Of a stretch of DNA of 32,000 nt, positions 1 to 12,650 are shown one piece after another (positions within the stretch are counted from its first letter, which is position 1; the number at the start of each line of letters is the position of its first letter). A model generated the notes under the pieces. The model saw only the letters and a list, made by a program, of their open reading frames with translations. It did no database searches and was not told where the DNA came from. Location of the stretch: sequence record CM065894.1; one strand, 5' to 3'. Made by a program: the position numbers and the translations under genes.

Positions 1-132
1 TTTGTTACAAAGTTTTTTCTTATAAAGTGATTAGGTAAAAATAAATAGTATTACATTTAAATAATTATTATTATTTAAATATACAAATACTATTTATTTA
101 TACTAAATTATTATTTTTTTATTTTTTAATAG

Positions 133-1729
<1,597 letters not shown>

Positions 1730-2807
1730 TAAAACACAATTCATGGCTGCCTTTCATAGAAATATGATTTCCTATTCATCTGTCTAAACGGGGAATCTCT
1801 TATTCTACACTACTCTACACTTTAGTAGAAAAGTAGAAAGACAATCCCGTACTAAATTTTTTACAAAAATACACTTAATTTTATGGCATTCTAACCAGAA
1901 TAACCTTATTCAAATTTGACATTACATCTAATGAGTTATGAAACTTGAAGACCTAGACGTAAATATGTTAATTACACCTGGTATTTATGAAATTCAATGC
2001 ATTTCAAAGAAAAAAGTGTATATTGGCGAAACTGAAGAGCTTCTTGCTCGTTTAGGACAACATTCAGCATCATTAAAACAAAATAAACATGATTGCAGAG
2101 AACTTCAAGAAGATTGGAATCAATTTGGAAAAAAAAACTTTATTTTTAAGGTTATTTGCTTTGGAAATGCCTATTCGTCACAAATTATGCGACGTAAAGA
2201 AGAAAAAAGTGTTATAAAACAAAAGCTAGCTCAATCTTTTTTGCTATACAACATTGATAAATCAACCTCTTTTACTCGTAATTATCAAAGAAAAATCGAA
2301 ATTAACGGAAAAATATATTTGACTATAACTGAAGCTGCAACCGATCCTAATCTCGGAATTAGTGAAACTACTATTAGACGTCGACTTAGAGATCCAAAGT
2401 TTCCAGATTATAAAGATGTTAAATGTCTTAGTCCTATATACCGTATTAAGAATAAACTTTATAAAACACTTGATGAGGCAGAAAAAGATAATGTTGGAGG
2501 CAATCGCCAAACAATAAAAAGACGCATAAATTCTGTAAAACCACAATGGTCAGAATGGCAGAAATTATCAGACGATTAACAAAAGATTTTTTTAGCTTAG
2601 AATATTTTTGTAAAAATAAATGTCTAACGACTATCCCGAAAGGGAGTAGAGCACAAGCGTGCTCGAAACGGCAGAAACCTTCGTACTATAAAAACATAGT
2701 AAAAGGTTAAGATATAGTCTGATCTTTATAGAAATATAAAGCAGAAAAAAACGTAATTAAATTATGTTTTTTTCGGAACGAAGTAGCGACTCGTTTAAAC
2801 ACATATG
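1730..2807 (+). mobile_element. Group I intron in psbC (1078 bp) carrying a homing-endonuclease ORF
   Basis: The CP43 sequence APGG|GDVRLITNP is interrupted exactly here, in phase 0. The last exon-1 base is T(U) at 1729 and the last intron base is G at 2807, both group I hallmarks. AAGATATAGTC at 2709-2719 matches the conserved 3' core (P7/S) element of group I introns. The ORF sits in a peripheral region. Confidence 0.85.
1938..2579 (+). CDS. Intron-encoded GIY-YIG homing endonuclease (213 aa)
   Basis: The N-terminal motif is PGIYEIQCISKKKVYIGET (GIY-10aa-YIG), followed by RLGQH, a conserved acidic stretch and LYN. The C-terminal half has two helix-turn-helix-like repeats, LTITEAATDPNLGISETTIRRRLRD and YKTLDEAEKDNVGGNRQTIKRRINS, typical of the DNA-binding modules of intron endonucleases. 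An alternative start at the second Met (codon 10) is possible. Confidence 0.85.
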   Translation: MKLEDLDVNMLITPGIYEIQCISKKKVYIGETEELLARLGQHSASLKQNKHDCRELQEDWNQFGKKNFIFKVICFGNAYSSQIMRRKEEKSVIKQKLAQSFLLYNIDKSTSFTRNYQRKIEINGKIYLTITEAATDPNLGISETTIRRRLRDPKFPDYKDVKCLSPIYRIKNKLYKTLDEAEKDNVGGNRQTIKRRINSVKPQWSEWQKLSDD

Positions 2808-3650
2808 GGTGATGTTCGTTTAATCACAAATCCAACTATCAGTCCTGCTGTTATCTTTGGTTACATTTTAAAATCACCATTTGGTGGAGATGGTTGGATT
2901 GTAAGTGTAGATAACATGGAAGATATTATTGGAGGTCACATTTGGATTGGTACCCTAAATATTTTAGGTGGTACTTGGCATATCCTTACTAAACCTTGGG
3001 CTTGGGCTCGTCGTGCTTTTGTTTGGTCTGGTGAAGCTTACTTATCATATAGTCTTGGTGCTATTTCATTGATGGGTTTCATTGCTTGTTGTATGTCTTG
3101 GTTTAACAATACAGCATACCCGAGTGAATTCTACGGGCCAACTGGTCCAGAAGCATCCCAGTCACAAGCTTTTACATTCCTTGTAAGAGACCAACGTTTA
3201 GGTGCAAATGTTGCATCTGCACAAGGTCCAACTGGTTTAGGTAAATACTTGATGAGATCACCAACTGGTGAAATTATTTTTGGTGGTGAAACTATGCGTT
3301 TTTGGGATTTCCGAGGACCTTGGTTAGAACCATTACGCGGACCAAATGGTTTAGATTTAAATAAACTAAAAAATGATATCCAACCTTGGCAAGAACGTCG
3401 TGCAGCTGAATACATGACGCACGCTCCGTTAGGGTCATTAAACTCTGTAGGTGGTGTAGCAACTGAGATTAACGCAGTTAACTATGTATCACCTCGTAGT
3501 TGGTTAGCATGTTCTCATTTTTGTCTTGGATTCTTCTTTTTCGTAGGTCATTTATGGCATGCTGGTAGAGCACGTGCTGCTGCTGCTGGATTTGAAAAAG
3601 GGATTGATAGAGATAATGAGCCTGTTCTTTCTATGCGTCCTTTAGATTAA
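2808..3650 (+). CDS. psbC: Photosystem II CP43 protein, exon 2 (280 codons + stop)
   Basis: [48 protein letters not shown] ... [19 protein letters not shown] is canonical CP43. Exons 1 and 2 together give 473 aa, the normal length. Confidence 0.93.
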   Translation, partial: GDVRLITNPTISPAVIFGYILKSPFGGDGWIVSVDNMEDIIGGHIWIGTLNILGGTWHILTKPWAWARRAFVWSGEAYLSYSLGAISLMGFIACCMSWFNNTAYPSEFYGPTGPEASQSQAFTFLVRDQRLGANVASAQGPTGLGKYLMRSPTGEIIFGGETMRFWDFRGPWLEPLRGPNGLDLNKLKNDIQPWQERRAAEYMTHAPLGSLNSVGGVATEINAVNYVSPRSWLACSHFCLGFFFFVGHLWHAGRARAAAAGFEKGIDRDNEPVLSMRPLD

Positions 3651-3653
3651 TGT

Positions 3654-3731
3654 AAAAACAAATTTAAAGATTTAAATAACACAAAAGTAAAATAAAACTT
3701 TTGTGTTATTTAGATCTTTAAATTTGTTTTT
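3654..3731 (+). terminator. 3' stem-loop downstream of psbC (34-bp arms, 10-nt loop)
   Basis: 3654-3687 (aaaaacaaatttaaagatttaaataacacaaaag) is the reverse complement of 3698-3731 with one mismatch. It starts 4 nt after the psbC stop. Plastid 3' inverted repeats act as mRNA end-processing and stability elements. Confidence 0.6.
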
Positions 3732-4157
3732 ATAATATATATTTTTTAAAAGAAAAATAAATTCTATAGTAGGTGTTCGGTTATAAATCTTTAAGTGTTC
3801 AAGAACCTCAAAGAGCCGTAATATACTCAGAATAAAAACCTAATTATAATCTTTCCTTAAATTCATAGTTTATGAGAATTTAACTCTATATAATAGTTCC
3901 ACTTACATTAAACAACTAGAGCCCCGATTTTATTTTATTAGTGATATAACTCCATCATATTATTTTGATTCAAATCATAACAGTAAAAGAAATTTTTTTT
4001 CTTACAAAAAAAAGTCGAAAAAAAAAGAAACTTGTTTATATAGGTTATAATATAAAAAAAATTTTTATTTCTAAATTTATGTTGCCAGTAAACACAATTA
4101 CTGTTCAAATTAAACCAAGTTTAAAAAAACTAAAAGCTTGCCTAACGTAGTAAGGTT

Positions 4158-4248
4158 GGGTTTCGATTGGATTTCAGTAGTGAAACAACCTTGCAGGTCG
4201 TTTCACGACCTGCAAGGTTGTTTCACTACTGAAATCCAATCGAAACCC
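4158..4248. repeat. Perfect 43-bp-stem palindrome (5-nt loop), built from dispersed-repeat modules
   Basis: 4158-4200 is the exact reverse complement of 4206-4248. The flanks (cctaacgtagtaaggttggg ... ccctaccaaatgg) belong to a module seen at more than 8 other sites. Confidence 0.95.
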
Positions 4249-4901
4249 TACCAAATGGCTGTGCTAAGAAATTTCTTTGCGTTATATACAAAAACTATTG
4301 CAACTCAAATAATTATAAACCGACATAATTTTTAAATTAAACCATAATTATCACTAATAAATCTTAAATTTATTAGATTAATCTTCGTTTGCTATATTGC
4401 TTTTTAGTCTTTTGCTTTTTAAAACCAGGCTATTAATTATTTTTTTGGTTCAAAAATGGGTTGTTTGATTTGTTGCAGTTTTAAATAATTTAAAACAGTG
4501 ATAAAGTTGTTGTTATAAAAAAACACCTTTTTTATTATATGCCCCATATAATTATGGCAGAAGAATTAAATTTTTTTTGTTTCAATTAGATTTTAGAAAT
4601 AGTTCACGACTAAAAAAATAATTTTATTAATGTAGTAAAAGATAAGAATTATTTTTTATAAGTTTGTTTTTTGACTTAATGGCTTTTTGTTAATTTATAG
4701 CAAGCTATCTAGAAGGTTATTTGGCTACAAATATATACTCTGTATATACATTAATACGAAGCTCACTACAAAATATATTGTATATGTGTATTTTTGCTTT
4801 TAAATTTTTACCTTATTTTTTTATTGAATTTTTAATATAATATAATTATATTATTAATTATATTAAATGCTTAATAAACACTTATTATTATTTTTATTAA
4901 T

Positions 4902-4974
4902 GCCTGCTTAACTCAATTGGTAGAGTATCGTTTTTGTAAATCGAAAGTTATCGGTTCGATTCCGATAGTAGGCT
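4902..4974 (+). tRNA. trnT: tRNA-Thr (anticodon UGU)
   Basis: Manual cloverleaf. The acceptor GCCTGCT/AGTAGGC has one G-U pair. D arm is ACTC/GAGT. Anticodon arm is TCGTT-TTTGTAA-ATCGA with one U-U mismatch. T arm is ATCGG-TTCGATT-CCGAT. It resembles plastid trnT-UGU. Confidence 0.85.
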
Positions 4975-5041
4975 TAATATTGTCATTTTATTAATAAAAA
5001 CAATAAATTATTAATTATAATTTAGTGGTGCTTTTGAAATC

Positions 5042-5090
<49 letters not shown>

Positions 5091-5580
5091 GTTTTTTAAT
5101 TAAGATTTAAATATATGCAAGTGAAATTAGGTGGTTTTTTTAATACTTTTAATAACTAATTTTTAATTTTTTACAAATAGCTAAAAAAATAGCTAGTTTA
5201 TTTAATTAAAAAAATTTACTATTAAATATCATGTTGAATTTTATTTAGAATTCACCCTCTATGAAGTAAATAAATATCAAAATTTTTTTTAGTTTATTTT
5301 TGTAGCGAAGCAAAGGCTGACAAACTTTGTTTATCAAATTATATAAAGGTTTTAACAATACTGAAATCTTGGTAAGGGCTAGGGAAAAAACCTAGCTTTG
5401 CTAGGCTTATTTCATCAGTAGTACCGATACCCCCAAAACGCCAAGCTTAAAATCTTAGGCAACTTTGCTACCCCAACAGCTATGATAAAATCTGAAAAAA
5501 TAGAAACATATATTTTACTTTTTGAATTTTTAAGTGTAAAAAATTAAAATAATAAATAGAATAAAAGCTAATTTGAAATT

Positions 5581-6336
5581 ATGGTAACAAGTATTAACGA
5601 AATGGTGCAAGCAGAAATGCACTTTGGACATCAAACTAGAAAATGGAACCCTAAAATGGCTTCCTATATTTATGCGGAACGAAACGGAATTCATATTATT
5701 GATTTAATTCAAACTTATTATCATTTAAAAAAAGTTTCTAAATTCTTAACTGAAGCTGCAGGGCAAGGCAAAAAATTTTTATTCGTAGGGACTAAAAAAC
5801 AAGCAGCAAAATTAGTAGCTCAAGCAGCATTACAATGTGATTCGCATTTCGTAAACCAACGATGGTTAGGTGGGATGTTAACTAACTGGAAAACTATAAA
5901 AAGCTCGATTACAAAATTAAACGAGCTAGAATATAAAGAAAAAAACAAAGAATTTGAAGCACTTCCTAAAAAACAAGCTGCTACTTATCGAAAAGAAAAA
6001 GAAAGACTACAAAAGTATTTAAGTGGGTTACAAACTATGAACTCTGTTCCCGATATAGTTATAATTATCGGACAACTCGAAGAAATGAATGCTGTAAAAG
6101 AATGTCAAAAATTAGATTTAAGAAGCGTTACTATTTTAGATACTGATTGTAATCCAATGTTAGCAGATTTGTTTATTCCAGCAAATGATGATTCTGTGTC
6201 ATCATTAAAAATTATTTTAAATGAGTTTGTACAAGCAATTACTATTGGTCAAAAAAATTTGCAAAAAAAAGAAAGCCGCTTTTCTTCTGTTTCTGAGAGT
6301 AAAGGGAATAAAATATTAAGTTCTAAACAAAAATAA
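5581..6336 (+). CDS. rps2: 30S ribosomal protein S2
   Basis: 251-aa ORF containing the S2 signature [32 protein letters not shown] and [14 protein letters not shown]. It is the first gene of the ancestral rps2-atpI-atpH-atpF-atpA cluster. Confidence 0.95.
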   Translation: MVTSINEMVQAEMHFGHQTRKWNPKMASYIYAERNGIHIIDLIQTYYHLKKVSKFLTEAAGQGKKFLFVGTKKQAAKLVAQAALQCDSHFVNQRWLGGMLTNWKTIKSSITKLNELEYKEKNKEFEALPKKQAATYRKEKERLQKYLSGLQTMNSVPDIVIIIGQLEEMNAVKECQKLDLRSVTILDTDCNPMLADLFIPANDDSVSSLKIILNEFVQAITIGQKNLQKKESRFSSVSESKGNKILSSKQK

Positions 6337-6354
6337 ATTTTTGTATTTGATTAG

Positions 6355-7960
6355 TAGTTGATAAAATGTTTTCCAAGTTTTGTGGCAAAGCCACAAAACC
6401 AGGCTTCTAGGAAGCTTAGAAAACATTTTATTTACAACCCTTTGACAAACAAGTTTGAATAAAATTCAAACTTGTCAGCCTAACGTAGTAAGGTTGGGTT
6501 TCTAAGATTTCAGCTTTTCTAAAATCTTAGAAACCCTACCAAATTAATACAAATTAAAAAAAAGTTTTTTTTAGTCAAACAATTTAGCTAGTTAACTAAC
6601 ACCGTCAGTAATAAAGCTACCTTTTATTAAAAAAAGCATAGCTTTTTTTAATAAAAGGTTGTAAGTTTAATTATACTTCGTATAATTAAACTTACAACTC
6701 TGTAAAAAAAATACTATTTAAAAAGTTATGCTTTCGAGCTGGGAGCGTAATAAGAGAAAAACTTTATAGAGTTAAAGAAAAAAATATCATTTTTTTCTCT
6801 TTTTTTATTAAAAAAGTAATAGCTTTTTTAATTAAAAGTTTTTTTACTTAAAGACTTTTTTGTAAAAGCAAAATAAAATTTTATTTTAACTAATTAAAGA
6901 AAACATAGCTTGCCTCAACAAAGATTTGCATCCAACAAAATTATATTTCAAGTTTTATTTGAGAAATTCTTTGGCTAAAAAACTCTGCTTTTCCTTCTTA
7001 GATTTGTATTGGTTTGGTAGCAAAGTCACTTTTTGGGTGACTTTGCGACCAAACCAATACAAAACATGGCTACGTTAAAACGGTAGATAAATTTTTTTGG
7101 TTTTAAATATACAAAAGTAAACTTTATTTTTTAATCAAATAACTAGTTTTTTCACTAAAAATATATTTTTAGTAAAAGTTTAATAAAATCAAATTTTTAA
7201 TATTGAGTTTCGGAACGCCATTTTGGTATGGTAAGGAATGAGCGTAGCTAAACTAACCGCTAGTTTAGCAACTATGTTTTTTTGGTAGTGAAATTACCTT
7301 GTAGGGAGTTTTACTATTAAAATTTTAGAAATTCTATTTCGCTATATACGGTTTATTTATAAATTTTGCAAATTTGAACAGAGTTCCAATTTATTAGCTA
7401 ATTCCTTTAGCAAAAATAAAAATAGAGTTTTTTTGTTAAAATTTCAGTAGTGAAACTACCTACAAAGTAGTTTCACTACTGATCAAATAAGCCTCTTTGA
7501 TAGGGTTTCTAAGATTTTAGCAAAGCTGAAATCTAACCGAAACCTTTGATTTGAGCTACGCTCAAATCTTAGAAAAAAACCCTTTCAGGTTACTTTGCTA
7601 CAAAATTTTTTTCCAACCTTACTATGTTAGGCCTTAGCTTATGAAATAAGCTTCAGTAGCGAAGCTACTCTGCGGGTAGCTTCGCTTTAAAGGGTAGTTG
7701 GTTTGATTCTTCAAAGTAAAATTAAATTTACAACCTTACAGGTAGTTGATAAAATCTGTTTCACTGCCAAAGTTTAAATTTATTTTCTACCTGTAAGGTT
7801 ATTTCATTACTGGAATCTTAGAGCCCCTACTGATGAAATAAGCCTGCAGTAAGCACTTTGTGCCAACAAAGGCCAAAAGGCACAACTGTTAATGTAAGGA
7901 TTGGGGGTATCCAAACTATCCCCAACGCTTATTCCTAACTCTTATCAAGGTTTCGGAACG
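6355..7960. repeat. Short-dispersed-repeat (SDR) island filling the rps2-atpI spacer
   Basis: A chain of hairpin modules that recur elsewhere. Examples: 6358-6440 recurs at 15828-15912, 6445-6480 at 14412-14445, 6479-6540 at 14446-14500, 7003-7063 shares its outer stem with 10964-11018, 7545-7580 recurs at 12207-12245, and 7743-7790 at 15636-15680. Confidence 0.9.
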
Positions 7961-8188
7961 AAACCTTCAAGTAATACAAACCTAAAATTTTAATGGATAT
8001 TTTTTTAGTTTAAAGCAACTTTGTAGTAAAACAATTTTCAATTTTTAATGAAATAGCCTATTATTTATTTAAATAGTATGAAATACAAATTTTTGCTTGC
8101 AAAATTATTTTGCTGCCAGAAGTATCGCTGATTCTAAAATTAATTAATTTATTAAATTATTTTTATTATAATAAAAATCTTAACTATT

Positions 8189-8938
8189 ATGTATCAAACA
8201 CACGAAAATTTAATTTTTAATTTTATAAATCCTGTATTTGATGTTTCCGAAGTTTCTGTCGGACAACATTTTTATTGGGACATTTTTGGTTTTCCAGTAC
8301 ATGGTCAAGTTCTGTTAACCTCATGGGTAGTTCTTACAATAATCATTGTAATATCATTTTTAGGAAATAGTAATTTAAAACAAATTCCAGATGGTTTTCA
8401 AAATCTTACTGAATATATTACTGAATACATTCGTGATTTAGCTAAAACTCAAATTGGAGAAGAAGAGTATTTAGCATGGGTCCCATTTTTAGGAACTATT
8501 TTTCTTTTTATTTTTGTTTCTAATTGGTCTGGGGCATTAATACCTTGGCGGTTAATTGAACTACCCCATGGTGAGTTAGCAGCTCCGACTAATGATATCA
8601 ATACTACTGTAGCTTTAGCTTTGCTCACTTCTATAGCATATTTCTACGCTGGCCTACGTAAAAAAGGTTTAGGATATTTTAAAAGATATATTGAACCAGC
8701 TGCTTTCTTATTACCAATTAATGTTTTAGAGGATTTTACAAAACCATTGTCTTTAAGTTTTCGGCTTTTTGGAAATATTTTAGCAGATGAGCTTGTTGTA
8801 GGTGTTTTAATTGCGTTAGTACCTCTTGTTGTTCCAATTCCATTGATGCTTTTAGGTCTTTTTACAAGCGCTATTCAAGCACTTGTTTTTGCTACATTAG
8901 CAGGTGCTTATATTGGTGAAGCGCTTGAAGGTCATTAA
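8189..8938 (+). CDS. atpI: ATP synthase CF0 subunit a (IV)
   Basis: 249-aa ORF with the conserved C-terminal region [16 protein letters not shown] and multiple hydrophobic helices. Its position after rps2 also fits. Confidence 0.95.
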   Translation: MYQTHENLIFNFINPVFDVSEVSVGQHFYWDIFGFPVHGQVLLTSWVVLTIIIVISFLGNSNLKQIPDGFQNLTEYITEYIRDLAKTQIGEEEYLAWVPFLGTIFLFIFVSNWSGALIPWRLIELPHGELAAPTNDINTTVALALLTSIAYFYAGLRKKGLGYFKRYIEPAAFLLPINVLEDFTKPLSLSFRLFGNILADELVVGVLIALVPLVVPIPLMLLGLFTSAIQALVFATLAGAYIGEALEGH

Positions 8939-9629
8939 ATTAAACTTTAACTAATTAAAAAAGTACTTTTTGTTGCAAATTGAAGCGAAATTTAAAAATT
9001 TAATTGTCGCTGCAAAATGTAAATTACACTTTTAAAATGACCGTGGCTTTTAAGTTTTAAACTAGAGTGTTTGACCAGCAAGCTTGAATATAATTCAAGC
9101 TTGCTGGCCAAACATTTTTAATTTTTAAAAATTGAACTAAATTAACACCAATACCAAAAAGAGGTATACTAAAACATTAAAATTTATTCTACCAAAATAA
9201 TTAATTTATTTAGTAAATTATAAAAATCACTAAAAAAAAAATTTACATACATATAAAAAAAAATGTCATTTTAGTCCCGTTACTACAAAACAAAATAATT
9301 ACTCTCCAGCTAGGTTCGTTACACTAAGCAAGATTGTTTCATTACAGCTAATTTTCAGATAAAAATTTTTTTGCTTAAAGCTTTCTGAATACTTTCTACT
9401 GATTTTTAAAATAATTTTGCTAGTAAATTAATACCAAAAAGCAAAGTAGTTTAGTTACAAATTATTTACAATTAAAAATTGTAAACAAACGACTTGTAAA
9501 AATAGCAAAGCTTGTTTGACAAAATTTTAAAAATACTGTTTTTTGTTCCTGTTTAAGATCTAGAATTTTGCTTTAAACCCAAAAATTCAATATAAATTTT
9601 TTTAATCATAAGTAGTCTGTATTAGTTTG

Positions 9630-9965
9630 CTAAGGTTTAGGTTGGATTTGAGTAGTGAAACAATAATAAAAATCTCTGATTTTTATAACAAGACGTTTTA
9701 CGATTGAGATTTATACAAAGTATAGACCTGTAGTTGGTTTGATTCTACAAAGTAGAATCAAACCAACTATCCTTTAATAACGAAGCTACCTAATTAAAAA
9801 AAGCATAGCTTTTTTTAATAAAGGGTTGCTTCGCTATCAAATGGGCTTGTAAATAAAATGGGTTCTAAAAACCCATTTTATCGACTAGCCTTTGTTAGTA
9901 CTTGTACAAATTTTTAATAAAGGGTTGTAAGTTTAGTTCGCCGAAGGAGAATTAAACCAACTCCA
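9630..9965. repeat. SDR island in the atpI-atpH spacer (a further isolated hairpin lies at 9066-9117)
   Basis: Modules shared with other islands: 9731-9771 (gtagttggtttgattctacaaagtagaatcaaaccaacta), 9783-9838 (hairpin E), 9845-9890 (hairpin L, empty form) and 9660-9700 (ataaaaatc...gatttttat family). Confidence 0.9.
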
Positions 9966-10581
9966 AAGTTAAGCATCATGAACAAAATAATTAAAAGTAA
10001 TGGCACGAAATACTAACCAGACCGACATTACTTTTTTTTACTATACAAAATATTAAAACATTATTAAAGCTTTAATAATGTTTTAATAGGATTACTAAAA
10101 CAAATTTAATATATTTTATATATTAAATAATATTAAAAAAAATTTATTTTTTAAAATGAAATGAAAAGCTATATATTATTTATTTAAATTTTATTAAAAA
10201 ATAAATTTCTTTAATTTATTTAATATAAATTAAATTTTTGTTATTTAATAAGGAAACTACCCATTTAGTAATAAAATCTAGACTTATTAATTTTTTTTTA
10301 ACATAAATAAATAAAAATATCTCATTTGTTGACAAGTAATTACACAGCTAATGTCTCTTTGGTTGTAAACAAACTTTAGCTGTGAGGTAAACCAAATTTT
10401 TATTAAAAAGTTTTCTAAGCTCTTTAGTAATTGTATTACAACTTCAAGATTTATTAAAAATTAATTTATCTATACAAACTTATATTTTTATAAATCCAAA
10501 AATTTTACATTAATTTATTTTTAAAAAAATAATTTTACTAATAAAAATACTAGTCATTACTGTATAAATTTAATAAAATAG

Positions 10582-10914
<333 letters not shown>

Positions 10915-10963
10915 TTTATTGAATAAAGATAAAAAATTAAAATATTTTTACTATTATATATAA

Positions 10964-11018
10964 TTTGTATTGGTTTGGTGTTTGCTTATTTTAAAAGCAA
11001 ACACCAAACCAATACAAA
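10964..11018 (+). terminator. 24-bp-stem hairpin 50 nt downstream of atpH
   Basis: 10964-10987 (tttgtattggtttggtgtttgctt) is the exact reverse complement of 10995-11018, with a 7-nt loop. Its role as a 3' processing or stability element is inferred from position only. Confidence 0.55.
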
Positions 11019-11139
11019 GTAAAGTTTTTAAAGTTTTATTCAAACGTTAGGCACACTCTCATATTTACTAAAATAGAAAATAAGCAAAGCTGTGTTGTTT
11101 TAGTCACGAGGTAGCTTAAAAATTATTTCGTTACTAATT

Positions 11140-11365
11140 TCTATACTTTGTATAGAACTGTAGTTGGTTTAATTCTACGCTTCTTTGCTTTAACGAAGCG
11201 TGGTTTTATGGCTTTGCCACAAAACTTGGAAGCGTAGAATTAAACTTACAACCCTTGGATTTAACACTTCGCTTTAAACATTAGGTATTAGGTTTAATTA
11301 TACAGAGTATAATTAAACTTACACCCTTAATTAAAAATTAAGGGTTTTTTCTTACCAAACTAATA
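11140..11365. repeat. SDR island in the atpH-atpF spacer
   Basis: Contains family members ctatactttgtatagaac, gtagttggtttaattctac..., ggctttgccacaaaacttggaagc and ttaattatacagagtataattaa, all with relatives elsewhere in the window. Confidence 0.85.
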
Positions 11366-11432
11366 CAAATCTTAAAAAATAGTAATTTTATATATTAAAA
11401 ACAATAAAGAGCATAATAAAAGTGGAGGTTTT

Positions 11433-11963
11433 ATGATTATTTTAACCCTCTTTGCTCAGATCCCATCGGGAGAAAGTTTTGGGTTTAACTTTAACATTTT
11501 AGAAACGAATCTGATAAATTTATCAGTAGTTATTGGGATTGTTGTTTCATTTGGAGGGAATGCATTACGATCATTATTAGATAATCGTAAGCAAACTATA
11601 TTAAATAATCTTGAAGAAGCAGATAAAAAAGCTAAAGAAGCTCAAGATAAATTAAATAAAACAAAAACTCAATTAGAACTTGCTAAAAAAAAAGCTACTG
11701 AAATTCGTGAACAAGGAATTACTACTGCTGAACAAGAAAAAAAACAGTGTATTTCTCAAACAGAGCAAGATGCTTTACGTTTAGAAGAAGTAAAGCAAGA
11801 AACAATTCAATTTCAGCAACAAAAAGCTATTAGTCAAGTTTCTCAACAAGTTGTATCACTTGCATTAAATAAAGTACGTGAAAAATTAAGTAATCGTTTA
11901 AATTCTAGTTTTCACTCTTCAGTAAATAATTTTAATATTGTGTTATTTACAAATTATAAATAG
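11433..11963 (+). CDS. atpF: ATP synthase CF0 subunit b (I), uninterrupted
   Basis: 176-aa ORF with an N-terminal membrane helix followed by a long charged coiled-coil, as expected for the b subunit. GGAGG lies at 11424-11428. It sits between atpH and atpA and has no intron, unlike land plants. Confidence 0.9.
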   Translation: MIILTLFAQIPSGESFGFNFNILETNLINLSVVIGIVVSFGGNALRSLLDNRKQTILNNLEEADKKAKEAQDKLNKTKTQLELAKKKATEIREQGITTAEQEKKQCISQTEQDALRLEEVKQETIQFQQQKAISQVSQQVVSLALNKVREKLSNRLNSSFHSSVNNFNIVLFTNYK

Positions 11964-11995
11964 ACAAGTTTCAGATTACTTACAAATACAAAAAA

Positions 11996-12612
11996 ATATT
12001 TATTTGTGCGTTTTTCGTAATTGGTTTAATTATACTTCCAAGTTTTGTGATTTTGTCACAAAACTTGGAAGTATAATTAAATTTACAACCTAAGATCTTC
12101 AGCTTTGCTTGTTGGGAGTAGTAAATAAAATCTGTTTCACTGCCAAAGTTTAATTTTACGTTGTAGAATTAAATCAACTACAAAGCTAAAATCCAACCGA
12201 AACCTTTGATTTGAGCGTAGCTCAAATCTTAGAAAAAAACCCTTTCGGGTTGCTTTGCTACAAAGTTTTTTCTTACCAAAGGGTTTTAAGTTTGATTCTA
12301 CTTTGTAGAATCAAACCAACTACCCTTTGGTAGCGAAGCCACCCGTAGGGTGGCTTCGCTACTGCAGTAAGCGCTTCCAAGTTTTGTAACTTTGCCACAA
12401 AACCAGACTTCCGTGCTTCAAAGAAGCCTGATTTTATGGCTTTGCCACAAAATTTGGAAGCGTGTTAACAAAAGCAAACTTGTTGAAGCCATGCTTCTTT
12501 TAATTAGGTCGTAAATAAAATTAAACTTTGGCAGTGAAACAGATTTTATTTACGACCCGCAAGAAGCAAAGCTGAAGATCTTAGGGTTTTATAAAAAACG
12601 ACACAAATAAAT
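11996..12612. repeat. SDR island filling the atpF-atpA spacer, bracketed by inverted repeats
   Basis: 12089-12160 is a near reverse complement of 12508-12585. The outermost atttatttgtgcgttttt (about 11998-12015) pairs with aaaaaacgacacaaataaat (about 12594-12613). The interior holds modules seen at 7500-7600, 18178-18226 and 22279-22365. Confidence 0.9.
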
Positions 12613-12650
12613 TTATAAATTTATTTAAATTTTAGGAAGTTTATTTACCA

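Noticed and set aside
2262-2546. 94-aa minus-strand ORF
   Set aside because: It is antisense to the GIY-YIG endonuclease ORF and translates to AT-rich low-complexity sequence.
3131-3415. 94-aa minus-strand ORF
   Set aside because: It is antisense within psbC exon 2, a shadow ORF.
3965-4335. Two ORFs of 61 and 65 aa (3965-4150 and 4138-4335)
   Set aside because: The first is poly-A/T-driven Lys/Ile/Phe sequence. The second reads straight through the 43-bp-stem palindrome, so its sequence is dictated by the hairpin.
10329-10357. Bacterial-type promoter (TTGACA at 10329-10334) upstream of atpH, and a similar TTGATA at 27588-27593 upstream of atpB
   Set aside because: There is no acceptable -10 hexamer at 16-19-bp spacing in either case. 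In sequence this AT-rich, isolated hexamer matches are not evidence.
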